A stretch of 64,000 bases of DNA from Mobula hypostoma. Taxonomy: Eukaryota. The stretch lies in NCBI RefSeq assembly GCF_963921235.1, contig NC_086106.1, forward strand, positions 25,234,001-25,298,000, written 5' to 3'. The notes under the pieces are model-generated. The model had not been told where the DNA came from and made no database searches. It saw only the letters and a program-made list of their open reading frames with translations. The position numbers and the translations under genes were made by a program. This document shows, piece after piece, positions 39,831-52,630 of the stretch. Every line of letters begins with the position of its first letter. Position 1 is the stretch's first letter.

Positions 39831-40307
39831 CTAAGATACTATGATCTGTACACACATTCTTGCTCAGATACTATGACCAGACTGTCAATCACTCTGATTT
39901 TCATTGTCTGTTTCACCTTCCTCCAATTAGGAATGAGCTATCGAGTTTTACATTCTTCTTCTACCTCTTTGCACGCACTCTCTCTTTCTCTCTCTTTCTC
40001 TGTCTCTGTCTCGCACTCTCCCTCTGTCTGCTTCTCCCACACTCTCTGCCTGGCTTTCCGTCTCTCTCTCACACTCACTCTCTCTCGCTCCCTCTCTCTC
40101 TTCGTCTTTTACTCTTTCTCACACACAAGCACACACACACTGGCGCGCGTTCGCATTATTTCATTGTCTCCCTCTCGTCGACTTTCTCCTTCTCGTTCAT
40201 TGTTCCTTTAAAGTGGAAAGAAGTGACCCTGACGATTTCCATTGTGTTCCTTACGATTATCATATTATGAGGCACTCTTGTGAGTGAACGTTGCCACACC
40301 AGGAATG

Positions 40308-40722
40308 GGCGTATGCCTGTACCTGCTATTAACATGCAAATCGGTGGACTGCATGGCAGAAAGGTACACGGCGGAGTCAGAAACACAAACCTTTGAAATT
40401 CTTGACTCCGATATCTTCATATTTTTCATGAATACAGCAGTAAGTCTTAGAGGACATTTCATGTTTTCCGAGATAGATAACTTCAGCAAGTGTTTTGGGG
40501 ATTGATGCTGGACGTAACAAAATAGATGTGGTCGCGCTGCGGTGTAATTACACTGTCCTTCATCGGCCGTTAATTCTGCAGGGTACTTCGTCATCGAATC
40601 TTTCCCCACGTTCCTGTAACAAATGAGAAAAGGTATGAATTGCCACGCTTTGGCATCTATATTCTAGGAGCCTCATTCGAAAGAACGGTCAATACAATCA
40701 GTAAAGAACAGAGAGAAAGTAT
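40308..40722 (-). pseudogene. V pseudogene (exon from 40613; degenerate RSS 40346-40308)
   Basis: KDSMTKYPAELTADEG..FCYVQHQSPKHLLKL..VSDSAVYLSAMQ; frameshift near exon start; Trp41 and Cys104 lost; CACCGAT-23-GCATACGCC. Confidence 0.85.
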
Positions 40723-42399
40723 CGCGTCTGGCTCAGCCTCGATTGAAAGACAGGTTACGTCCAACAAGTTAGTTACACGTACACGATACTGGAGCAGTAC
40801 TTCAGATCAAGTATGCCTTCGTTCCTCCCTGCCAACGTGCCACCTCCGATTCTTTCATTTCACGTTTCATTAATCTGCCGTTGCTTTATCTCTATCACAA
40901 AGCTGAAGGACTCAATTTACATTTGCCTGTTTTCCGTTATTTTTATCTCCATCTCTCTCTCTCCTGGTCTTTCTCTTTCACAAACTCTCCTCATCTGTTC
41001 GTTCGTTTTCCCTTTCTTTCACTCATCGTTATACATTTCACTTATTTCCCAGTTCCCTCTCCCACTCACTTTCCCTCTCTGACCTTTTGCTCATTTAATC
41101 AATTGTCCTTTTTTTTTTCTGTTTTTTACATATCTCCCATGCTTTAGTTCTCTCTCCTCCTACTTCCTGTCGATATCTTTTTTGCTCCTTCCTGAAGTCT
41201 CATCTTTATCTTTCGTTCTACCGTTCTCTCTCCTTATCGTTAAATCACCGGTACAAATTCCAGTGAAGGGTATCTTCCAATGTATTTTTCTTAATACTCT
41301 GCAAGCTCCCTTCAGCTAAATCATCGATACATATTCAGATGGCAGGCTATCCACCACTGAATACTATCAATTTGAGAATCACCCATTTATTTGTCATTCT
41401 TTGCTATTGATTCTTGAGCCTATCCTGAATGTATATCAACAGACTCGGAATGAACGTTGACCTTTGCAGCAACATTAACTGTGAAACCTTATCGAAACTG
41501 TGTTTTGAAAAAATGAGTGCACTGTACCTCCAGATTCACTATAAACCACATATACATTCTCAACTAAATATATCACAATAGAAAAACTGTCAATTGCTTA
41601 TGTTTTGATAGGCAACAGGTGTCCCGGAAGTGGTTTGCAAAGTTGCTGTTTTTTCCACTGGGTACGAGTTGAATTAACAAGCTATGATCTAGTCCTGCCC
41701 TCCTAAGCCAAAAACATGTAACCCTCGCTGTTGTACATGAGTATACAGTATTGCTAGGAAACTCCGCCTCTCGGACGTGCTCATCGCATCACGTGGCAGG
41801 AACAAGGGGGACGCAGAGTGGCTGGTTTCATATTGATTAGTGGACCGATTCTTTCAGGAGCGAAATATGACTTAACTACAATTGAAAAAGAAGATCAAAT
41901 CAGTGGCCCACTTACCTTTCTGTGAAGTCTGAGTTAAATACCTTCATAAAGTAATATGAAGATCCCGTGCTATGTTGAATACCCCTAAAATTTGTCTGTA
42001 AAAGTGTTCGACTATCCAAGCAGCATTCATCGTCAATACGAACGTTACCTTCATTTTGGTCTCGTTAATCTTTTTTCTCACTCTCTGTGCGTTTCTTGTA
42101 TTTTATCCTTCCTGACAACTGCACTTCCTATCCCAATGCCATGCATCGATTTTATTGCATTCTGCATGATCCCATTTTGCTATATTATGATGAGGGGAAA
42201 TCAGAGACAACGACATTGAATCGTGTGGCTTCCTACTAATTTGTGTTGTCAAACCCAAAATTGCCCATTTATTCCGCACTCCGTTTTTTCTGTTGCTCTT
42301 GCAGTCCCTTCTGCTACAATAGAGAAACATTTTGATTATTTGCTCTGATGCCATCATCAATATGATATAATATTGAATGATTTATAGAAACATATTATA

Positions 42400-42960
42400 G
42401 ATTTGTAGAAGGTGTCGGAAATGTTACTCCTGTCCATTCTACTGCATCGATTCTATTCAGGGATCCTATAGTTATTTCACGTTATGCAACACTTCACCTG
42501 CAAACCTGTTCTGTTGGCCTGCTGCAGCGAATGTTCCCGATGCTTCCTCCTCTACATTGGTGATACTCGACGTTGATTGTAGGACAGCTGCATCAAGCAC
42601 TTATTAGGATTTCGCAACAAGCTATACCTCTCGATGGCCATTCATTGCTAATCTAATACCTACTGCCGTTCCGAAATTTCGATTCGTAGTCTCAGTGAGG
42701 TTACTTTCATGTTGGAGCAGCAACACCTATTCCGTTTGCCCATCCTCCAGCTTAATGGCAAGAACAAAATTATTTTTTCAACGTCCTGTTATTTTCCTCT
42801 CAGTAGCACCCCACCTCACCTCCCACACCAACGACTCATTTCGCAATCCGGTTCCTCATTTGTCTGTGCTCCCGATGTGTACAGCTTTCCATTCCTGTAT
42901 TGTCCTGCAAGTCACACTAGGGCTAAGGTGTATCTTTTGCTTAGCTCCCCGTTCCCGATC
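42400..42960 (+). mobile_element. Decayed Penelope GIY-YIG fragment
   Basis: LYIGDTRR and LEQQHLFRL motifs. Confidence 0.6.
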
Positions 42961-43599
42961 ATGTGAAACTATGAGAGCAGATTGCAGGTGATCGCATGTG
43001 CAGTTGGAGTATAGCAAATATTATGCATCAACTGACGCCAGGCACAAAATCAATAAGAGTATAGATAACGACTAACTTCACCATTTGTATCAAAGCACTG
43101 CCCAGAAGAAGGCAATAGTAAAACTCTTCTGCTGTAAAACTTCCCAAGAAAAATCATGAAGCACCATCGTCCACATCATACGACGCGGCACATGATGGTG
43201 ATGATCATGATGGATCGGTTACCAGATTCGGATATCGCACAGATGCGGTGTGAAAGACACTGAAGACAGTCGGTAATTTGCAGACTTTAATGCGACAAAT
43301 GGTAAGAGGAAATATAAGAAAAAAGTAAACGCTAGGCCGAACAGGGCCGTTAACTACAATTCTCAAAACGGAAAGCGAAGCCTATACTGCGGCAGAAAAG
43401 AACACCTAAACATTAATCGAATACCGCTAGTCTTCAGAGTCAGTTGACTCGAAAGTCCAATTTCCCAGAGACGGCCGAATGCAAACAAGCAGCGAAGTGC
43501 TGTTGTGCCCTGTCCCAGTCTCGACAGGCACTACGACGACAAACATGGAGTGAAATACAATCACGATTAAATAATAATTAGCTGATACATGTATATTCA

Positions 43600-46250
43600 C
43601 AAGAGCAATTGCTGGATCTACCGCGCTGCCGAATTCGTTGTTGTGACAGGGCACCCTTCTCGAGGTGCAGCTCCTGAGGCGGCACAGGCCTGTGTCCGCT
43701 GGAAGTCATGGATCAGCGACCTGTTAAACATGTCCTTCGCCCGAAGCTCAGTACCTTCTTCTGGGTTATACCCTTCCCAGTCCATAAGGTACTGGACATT
43801 CCGCTGTACCCCAAAGATGCCAGGAGGTGCTGCGAGGTATAGAGAAGAGAACCATCTACCAGGCGCGGAGGAGTGGGAGGTGGTGTGACTGGGACAAGGG
43901 GACAGCTAGTAACTGGTTTGTGCTGGGAAACATGGTATACTCGGTGGTCTTCAGTGATGCTGGTAGATGCAATCTATAGGAAACCTTGTTGACAGCCTTT
44001 TCCACGACAAACGGTCGCACGTTTGATGGCAAACATGCCCCCTTACCTGGCTTGGATGGCCTTACCTGTCGACGGAGCTGATCAGCGAGCCGGATATGCT
44101 GTTTTTGCGTGCGCAGCAGAGAAATCCTGGTTTGTCTCCAGGTGCGCTTGTAGCGCTGGATTAGCCTGTTCATAAGCAGGAACATCTACGTGGGGTTGGA
44201 AGATCCAAAAAAGCTCAGGGTTGTCTCCAACTACTCGTTTACTCTCTTAGTCTGGCCATTAGATTGAAGCTGGCCGTGGCTCCTACAACAGAGCAGAAAT
44301 CCTTCCAAAAGCTTGAAGTGAACTGTTGTACACGATCGGACACTAGGCCTTGAGGAAAGCCAGGGAGCATGAACACATGTTGAACCATGAGTGTGGCAGT
44401 CTCACGAGCCGATTGGAGCTGGGCGAGAGCAATGAAGTGGGCAAACTTGGAACTTCGATCCACAACGACCAAGACACAAATGACATGGTTTCCATTAAAC
44501 TGGAGCAAACTAGTGATGAAATCTACCGAGAGGTGTGACTGGGGCTGTGGGGCACAGGCAGTGGACATAACAGTCCGGCAGGACGCTGGCGTGATGTCTT
44601 TTTCCGAGCGCAAGTGGAACAGGCAGATACAAAGTCGTGTAAATCCTGGTACAGAGATAGCGACCAACATTGTCTCTTTAAAAACTCCTGAGTCCGTTGA
44701 ATTTCAAGATGTCCAGTCAGATGGGAGGAATGACCCTATTCCAACACTTTGGAATGCACCGCAGCAGTGACAAACAGCCGGTTGGGAGGTCCCCCATCAG
44801 AGACTCGATCTGATTGTTGAGCGGCCCAAATATCTGCCTCTATTTACTTGATCACCGGAGCAGCGATACACGAGCGAGGAAGTTTTGGCTCTTTTGAGAT
44901 CCGTCGAATTGACGGGAGAGAGCGTCCGCCTTAGCATTCTTGTTGCCGAGAGGGAAAGTGAGGATGAAATTGAACCCTGTGAAGAAGAGAGCCCGCCGGG
45001 CTTGACAAGAGTTGAGTCTCTTAGCATCCCAAATGTAAGAGAGGTTCTTTTAATGTGTCCAGATCAAGAATGGATGCTATGAACCGTCAGTCAGTGGCAT
45101 CATTCCTTCAGAGCGACCTTGAAACCCAGAAGATGCCGGTTCCCAACATCGTAATTCCTTTCCGACGAGGCCAAGCGACGGAATAGAAAGGCATAAAGGT
45201 GCAGACGACTATCCGCAGACGATCGCTGATACAGGATAGCTCCAATGCCTACATCTGATGCATGCACCTCGACAATTAATGGCTGAGATGGGCCTGGGTG
45301 TTGCAGCAGCGGGGTACTGGTGAAACGTCGCTTCAGCTCTGAAAATTCTAGTTCGGTATCGCCCGTCCAATGGAATTCCGCCGAGGTCTTCTTGGTAGAT
45401 GCATTTTTCAAGAAGGTGCCTGAGTACTGGAGACGATTAACGCGGATATGAATTTCGACAACAGCCTAGAAATCCTGTACTGTATCTCTCCTGCCAATTC
45501 ATCTTTAAATTCACCTGATAATCACAGACAAAGACTGCTGTAAGGACAACAGCGTTCCAGCGTCTCGTCCGTGGACTGCGTGGCCAAACCCTCTTCAGCT
45601 CCATGGGTAACGGTGGTACGTTTGCACAACTTCGAAGATTCATCTCCAAGAGCCCCTCAGACGGGCGAGAGAATTACCAGAGAGCTGCGAGTTGATGTAG
45701 GCCACTTTCCATAGGGCGGAGGAGAATACGGTGAGTTTGAGATCGAAAGCCAGTAAGCACGGTATACGAAACAGTCTACCTGTCCTTGGGTTGCCTTCAA
45801 ATAGTTGGGGCATCATCAGGTTCGAGGCGCACTACGGAAGTCGTGGAAAAACGGTACGAGACAATTGGGGAACATCTCGATGTTGTCTGGAGACTCAAGA
45901 ATTCGGGCGGCAGCAGGAATTTGCTCATGCCTATCCACCGTGATTTCCGGGTTGGTCACACTGTGATGCGTCCATAAACGTTTCTGTCGTGCTGTAACAG
46001 AAGTATTTCCAAGTATAGATTCGACACGGAGCTGTTGATATGAAGCTCTGTAGCTTTAGATGGTGCGGTGCTAGGAGAGTCTTGGATCCAGTAGACCCAA
46101 GAGCAAAGGATACCAGAGTCGAGGTTGGAGTTGAACAAATAATTTACAGCCGTGCACTGGTGCAGAGAGAACACAAATGAGGACTCTAAAGTCGCTACAC
46201 ACAGGGTAAATTGCCCCAAGACTGTTCAAAGACTAACAAACCAAAGGGAG
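43600..46250 (-). mobile_element. Internally deleted chromovirus-type Gypsy element
   Basis: RNase H VEVHASDVGIGAIL..ERNYDVGNR; integrase LSVDFIT..VVVDRSSKFAHF; chromodomain QYLMDWEGYNPEE; LTR-like sequence ~46000-46250. Confidence 0.88.
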
Positions 46251-46693
46251 TTTCAGGCAAGCATAACTATGCAGAGCTGCACTGAATACTAAATCCAACA
46301 AAAGTGAAAGTTATCAATAAATCGTCATGGGAGATGAATCGTCGAATCGTAGTAGACTCTAGCGCCACAGGTGGTCATTCTGGAGCATATCGCCATCTGC
46401 CACTTCAAACCCACTGTTACACTCATAAAAGCATCTACGAAAATAGACGCTCACGATTTCCAGCAATTTAGTCATAAGGAAAATAATGTTTCGATTTTCA
46501 AGGAAATATATTGCAAAGCGGTTAGTTGCAAAAACATGTGAAATTTAAATTGACGATAAATTCCACATTCTTCAACATCTATCGTTCCTGATTTTTAACT
46601 CCATTCCGTGACCATTACTGTTTACTTTGTGTTTCTTTCCATAACGCGGTTATGGGAGTGCTCTACTTTCAACTCATTAGCACATCCAGAGTG

Positions 46694-47800
46694 GATCATC
46701 GTCAGAATCAACCAGTCCTCTACAAAAGTGTGGGCTACATGGTGCAGATGTGCACAACGAAATCAGAAACCAGAACAGTTAGTATAATTAAACGAGATGT
46801 TTAGATATCGTTCCTTAATTCAGCCGTATGCCTCAGCGGAAATTGGATTAGATTAGATTAGATTAGATTATGAGGACACTAAATCCTCGTTTATTGTCAT
46901 TTATAAATGCATGCATTAAAAATGATACAATGATCCTCCAATATGATATCAGAAAAAAAAACAAGACAGACCAAGACTAAAACTGACAAAGATCACATAA
47001 TTATAACATATAGTTACCACAGTGCAAAGCAAAGCAGCAATTTGATAAGAGCAGACCATGGGCACGGTAAAAAAAAAATCGAGTCCTAAATAGTCCCAAC
47101 TTCTCACGCAGACAGTAGAAGGGACAAACTCTCCCTGTCATGAGAATCCAGCGCCGCAAACTTGCCGATGCAGCATGCTGGAAATACCCGACCACAGTCC
47201 GCCTCTGAGTCCGTCCGAAAACCTCGAGGCTCCGACCAGCCCTCCGACACCGAGGACCGAGCACCATCTCTGCCAAGCGCTTCGACTCCGACCCCGGCCG
47301 CCAAGCAACAGGCAAAGCCGAGGATTAGGGGCCTTCCCGTCTGGAGACTCGAATCACAGTTGGAGCGGCAACTAAAAAGGCATTTCCGAAGTTCAGCAGA
47401 TGTTCCTCCGTGCTCTCACGTCTGCCTCAATCAAAGCAGAATTGTGCACGGCATCCTACTTGACGGATACAGATATTCATCAGCGGGGAGGCCGCACGTG
47501 CTGCGTTGCGCCGCCATCTTCTCCTCTTCCTGGAGAAGATACTGGAGGCGGTGTCATCTTTTTCCAGATATCTCTTCATGAAATAGAGATTGTTCGTGGT
47601 GCTGAATATGCCAAGATACATCTGCAGCATAATGATCATCTGTCATTGACCGACGATTAATTTTAAAAGTTACTACGTCAATGAAAGTTTCCCACGGGTT
47701 CCTGCGATAAAGGAGGGAAGGGATATTCAGCCACATTTTCCAACTTTCTCAGAGGGCACGGTATTGTAGCAGCAGAAACCCAGGAGGAGTCACGGCCTAT
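46694..47800 (-). pseudogene. V pseudogene split by a ~690-bp insertion (5' half ~47540-47701; 3' half ~46733-46847)
   Basis: cgcag|GTRGKLSLT and SWHIQHHEQSL in the 5' half; VLVSDFVVHICTM* then CACACTT-23-ACGATGATC in the 3' half. Confidence 0.7.
46848..47535 (-). mobile_element. Non-LTR retroelement fragment with (TCTAA)n tail, inserted in a V
   Basis: (GATTA)n run at 46848-46870; begins near AAGATGGCGGCG; separates two halves of one V. Confidence 0.6.
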
Positions 47801-48428
47801 AAAACTGTAATCAAGAAAGAACTGAGATAAAACTTCTTGTCTGACTTCTGTCACGATCGAAAGGCAGATAACTTTTAATAGATTAGTTCAATTTGACCAG
47901 TAGTGGAGAATGAGTTCAGACTGGAAGCCCTCATCAATCTGTACCAAACTGGACGTGCAACATTGCTACAGTACTGGCGGAGAGATCAATGAATCCTCCA
48001 GGTAACATCAGAATCATGGGCTTTCTCTGTTTTTTCCTATATATATAAAACGTTGTCTCCTTGTGCTACATATTTCCTCCCACCTTCTTTCCAGGTCTCT
48101 GTAGGTCCTTCCAGCACCCATCCAATTCCGATTCCTTCCAAATTACCGTCCAATCAGTATGGGCTTTATTTGTCATTCTCCCAAAGACTCCTTCATCCTC
48201 GGGGAATTCTACCAAAGATCATTGCAACAAAGTTGTCAATGTGCACTCCAGCATCAATCTTTGCGGAGATCCTACGTGAGCGTTCGAATCTCACATGGAT
48301 TCAACTTAAGTTCTGTAGCTTGCACGTTTTGTCGTGGTGATTGTCGCTATCATGAGATGGACACGTGACCTCCTCTGATTTGTGCTCGGCTCACAGTGCT
48401 TCAGAAAAGCGCGCGCTCTGTCCACCGT

Positions 48429-48855
48429 CTGTTTTATTCGGATCTTGCATCTCACTTTAACAATACGAGTTCCTGGATACAAAGGTACACGGCGGATTCT
48501 GACATAGGAAACTCGAGGATGAAAAGATATCTAACCATCTTCCTGGCTTGCTGAAAAAAGCTGTAAACTTCGTTGAACATTTTGGAGATGGTGCACCTTT
48601 GTGTTATACTCCTTCAGCAAGTACCTTGGAAGTTCTCCTTGATGCCAAACGTTAGAAACGAACACAGACATTATATAGTTGCAGTCCTATGCTATTGGCT
48701 GCGATCCTTAGCAGTTAATTTACGAGAGTACTGGCTACTGAATCTTTCCCATGTGTTCCAGCTATAAATGACAGAAAAACCTTCCTCTTATGGGCCAAGA
48801 ACCTGCAGCAGGACTAAAAGGACCAACGTCGGGGTAGGAAAAAAAAGAAGCACAT
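48429..48855 (-). pseudogene. V pseudogene (exon from 48761; degenerate RSS 48467-48429)
   Basis: GTHGKDSVA start, frameshifts, MSESAVYLCIQE end, CGTATTG-23-ATAAAACAG. Confidence 0.8.
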
Positions 48856-48949
48856 GGAACCTGGTATCACGCAAGGCCTAAAAGCAGATCACAAACAACA
48901 GGACAGCTGAATCTGCTGAAAATTCGAGAAACATACACAGAATTTTGGA

Positions 48950-50620
48950 GGAAATCAACAGGCCAGACAGAAACTCTGGAAACAAATACAGTCGACGTTT
49001 TCGGGCGAAACTCTTTGGCATGACTGGAAAAACAACAAAAAATCTATGCCTGCCTGTTTGTCGCGTACATTCAATAGTTTCTGTTCCAAGATGCTCCCCT
49101 CGCTTCAGACAAAAGGCGTAACTATGGGTTCTCGCATGGGTCCCTGCTATGACTGCCAGTTTAACGGCTACGGGGAAGTGTCTATGTTCCAAACCTACGC
49201 TGGTGACCGTCCCACAAATTTCCTCCGTAAAGTCGCAGATTGCATTGTTGCTGCTACGTGCACCCGAGCTGTACTCGTCGATTTCATCTAATTTGGCTCC
49301 ATCTTCCTCCCTGCACCTAGTATATTCCCAACAACTCCCTTCACTTTCTAATCTTATTGTCTGTATCTTCCCAGACAGTTTTTCCATTAATCTCTATTAC
49401 AAACCCACGGTCTCTCGCAGCTACCTAGATTATACCTCGTCCCACGTTGCTACTTATAAAAGCACCATCCGCTTCAGTCAGTTCCCCCGTCTCCGCCGCA
49501 TCTCCTCTCAGGATGAATCTTTGTATTCTAGAACGAAGGAGTTATCATCCATTATCAAAAAAGGGGGTTCCCTTCCTCCACCATCAACGCTGCCGTCATC
49601 TGAATCTATTCCATTTCACAAACGGACGGAGTATTCCATACTCCGGCCAACATACCAGGGATAAGGTCCTCCTTCTCCTCACCTGCCACTCCACCATCTT
49701 CAGCTTCTAGCACATATATCTCCGAAACTTTCGCAACCTCCAACGGGATCCCACCACTAAGCACATCTTTTCGCACCCAACCCGCAGCCACACATACTGC
49801 TGTCCAGAAGGCTCGCTCCTATGTGACTCCCTGGTCTATTCATCCCTCCCCACTGATCTCTCTCTTGCCACTTACACTTGCAAACGGTACAAGTAATACT
49901 CCGGCCACCATACATCCCCCTTCGCTACCATCCAGGTCGCTAAACGGGTCTTTCCAGCAGGGGGCCACTTCACTCGGGAATCTGTTGGGGTCATAAACTG
50001 TGTTCGGTGCTCCCTCTGCAGTGTCCTGTAGATTGGTGAAATCTGGCGTTAATTGGGGAACTATTTCGCCGACCATCTACGCTCCGCCTTCCAGAAGAAA
50101 GCAGGATTTCCTAGTGGACAACCATTTTAATTCCACTTCTAATTTCTATTCCAATATGTACATCTACTGCCCTGATGAGGCTACACTTAGGTTGCAGGAA
50201 CAGCGGCTACATTAAGTTTGGGTAGCCTCCATCCCAAAGGCATGGACATAATTTCTGAAACTTCCAGGAATGCACCCACAATACCCACCCTCCTTCATCA
50301 TTTCCCATTCTGTTCTCCCTGCATGATCTTATCACCTTGCCATCCCATCGCTTCCCCCTTGGTAGACTTCCACACCACCACCCCCCACACATCTTTTTCT
50401 TTCCTCCATGGTATTTTATTTCTTTCAACAATCAACTTCCCAATTTTTCTCCTCTCTCCAATCTACAAATCTACTCCACATTTTTTCTCTCCAGATCTGT
50501 CGATTTAATTCGGACAGAAATGTCGACTGTACCTTCCTTCCATTGATAGTGTTCGTCTGAGCTCCTGCAGCATTAAGTTTGTGTTGATCTCAAGAAACAG
50601 TCCACTCAGGAATAAGAATG
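48950..50620 (+). mobile_element. Decayed Penelope-like element
   Basis: LQTKGVTMGSRMGP, YYKPT..YLDYTSSH, HFNSTSN..LQEQRL, LHPKGMDI. Confidence 0.85.
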
Positions 50621-50668
50621 CAAGAATGCAGCTTGACTGAAAAACATAAATGGGATAAAATCCTCATT

Positions 50669-50847
50669 NNNNNNNNNNNNNNNNNNNNNNNNNNNNNNNN
50701 NNNNNNNNNNNNNNNNNNNNNNNNNNNNNNNNNNNNNNNNNNNNNNNNNNNNNNNNNNNNNNNNNNNNNNNNNNNNNNNNNNNNNNNNNNNNNNNNNNNN
50801 NNNNNNNNNNNNNNNNNNNNNNNNNNNNNNNNNNNNNNNNNNNNNNN
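50669..50847. other. Assembly gap (N run)
   Basis: Run of N bases. Confidence 1.
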
Positions 50848-51109
50848 GGCATCCCTGTCTCCATCTTTGTATTTATCTATCTCTTTCTCTTTATTTTCAT
50901 CAGTTTCCCCCTCTCTCTCTCTCTCTCTCTCTCTCCTTTCAACGATCTGTTTCTTTTGTTCTCTCCAACCAGCTATCTACCTAAGTCTCTTACACCATCC
51001 AGAAACAACGAGGGTTTTCTGACTGCCGCCCACTTTACCAGACTAATTACTCATCACTGGTTCTTGCGTCCGTCCATATTTCCTGGATAGGAGCGCGCTC
51101 TGCTGAGTA

Positions 51110-51445
51110 TTGCCAAGATTATTCAGGGACACTACAGTCGGATGCATTTCTTTGTTACGTAGCTTCAGCAAGTATTGTAGACCTCCTGATGGATGCTGAA
51201 GGTAGCGAATAACATATCGATTGGCTTGAGAGTAATGACAGCTCAGTATTGCAGTCTCTGCTTCCTGAATCGTTTATTCAAGAGGTTACTGCGTAACTGA
51301 CACATCGCACTCGATCCTGCAATAAAAGACAGAATATGTAAACAGTGCGAATTTGCACTGCACCCGATATACACACTGGCGGGATTTGCAAAAATACACC
51401 TGGCAACACAGGCAACATAAACAGTAAGAAGCAGATGGCATTCAT
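51110..51445 (-). pseudogene. V pseudogene, close paralog of the 52-kb V, lacking most of FR3 and the RSS
   Basis: Leader MNAICFLLFMLPVLP+G|gt (51445-51400); exon from 51316 with frameshifts; joins directly to post-RSS flank. Confidence 0.8.
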
Positions 51446-52127
51446 GGTGTCTTGCATCAAGCTCGATTATATCCGAGCAAGCAGATTCCGTTCCTTAACC
51501 TATTTTCACTTAGCCGATGTTGGAGAATGCAACAGTATGTGCGGAAACTCCAGTCTGTGAAATTCAGAGTTCGCTGTTTGCACCAATCGGAAATGCTTTC
51601 ATTCAGTATCCCTGCAGACTTATTTCGCCTCCTCTATCTGCTCCATTCTCTTTGTATCTATCTCTCTCTCTTTCTTTCTTTCTATCTATGTATTGAGGGA
51701 GTTAGATATGGCCCTTGTGGCTACGGGGATCAGGAGGTATGGAGGGAAGGCTGGGGCAGGGTTCTGAGTTGGATGATCAGCCATGATCATAATAAATGGC
51801 GGTGCAGGCTCGAAGGGCCGAATGGATCGAAGGGCCGAATGGCCTACTCCTGCACCTATTTTCTATGTTTCTATATGTTTGTATGTATCTATTTAGCTCT
51901 ATCACTATCTCTCTCTATCCCTATTGCAATTGCTACCTATCTCTTTTTCTCACTCATTCACTTTCTCTGTTTCACCAGTCTAGTTCATTCGTTCCCTTTG
52001 TCTGCTTATTCACATAAGCATCTCACACCTGTCACAAAGAGCCCTGGTTTTCTGAATGTCGCCTGGTTTAGCAGACCAAGGACCATCGCTGTTTCTTGAG
52101 CGCATCCTTCATATTTTGCCTCTCCGC

Positions 52128-52141
52128 GCGCCCTCTAGTGA
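52128..52141 (-). promoter_or_regulatory. CTCF-like motif 24 bp past the nonamer of the 52-kb V
   Basis: TCACTAGAGGGCGC, 13/14 match to CCACTAGAGGGCGC. Confidence 0.65.
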
Positions 52142-52165
52142 GTATGTTCAGCATAGCTCATGCTA

Positions 52166-52204
52166 GGTTTTTGTACGAATTTGGCATCTCCGCGCAACAG
52201 TGTG
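52166..52204 (-). other. 23-RSS of the 52-kb V
   Basis: CACACTG + 23 bp + ACAAAAACC. Confidence 0.93.
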
Positions 52205-52630
52205 GGCTCCATGGCACAGAGATACACGGCGGAGTCCGAAACAAGAGCTCCCGAGATATATAAGTGAGCGACCTGGCGGTCTTTCTGTAAAGCACCCGTA
52301 AACCTCTGCGGACATTCGGCAGAACGATCCATCCCTGTATTGCGGAGCCTCAGCAAGTATTGTAAACCTCCCGATTGATGCTAAATGTACCAAAAAATAT
52401 ATCTATTGGCTTTAGAGTAACTGCAGTTCAATATCACCTTGTGTCCTTCCTCAATAGTTAATTCAAGAGGCTGTTGCGTAACTGAATCTTCAGCACTCGA
52501 TCCTGCAATAAATGATACAATATGTGAACAGCCTGGACTTCCATTGAACCTCATTAAAACAATGACTACTTCGCAGAAATTCACCCGACAACATAGCAAA
52601 TATTATCATTAAGAAGCAGATATCATTCAT
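52205..52630 (-). pseudogene. Near-intact TCR V with one in-frame stop (leader 52630-52585, V exon 52502-52205)
   Basis: MNDICFLMIIFAMLS+G|gtgaat; EDSVTQQPLELTIEEGHKVILNC..IFWYI*HQ..DSAVYLCAME; TAG at 52383-52381. Confidence 0.92.

Noticed and set aside
48392-48398. Perfect CACAGTG heptamer (another at 56473-56479) as a D or J RSS
   Set aside because: No nonamer at 12 or 23 bp at 48392, the 56473 site lies inside a V pseudogene exon, and I saw no FGxG J motif nearby.
51806-51842. Direct repeat CGAAGGGCCGAATGG
   Set aside because: A simple slippage duplication in a LINE 3' tail.
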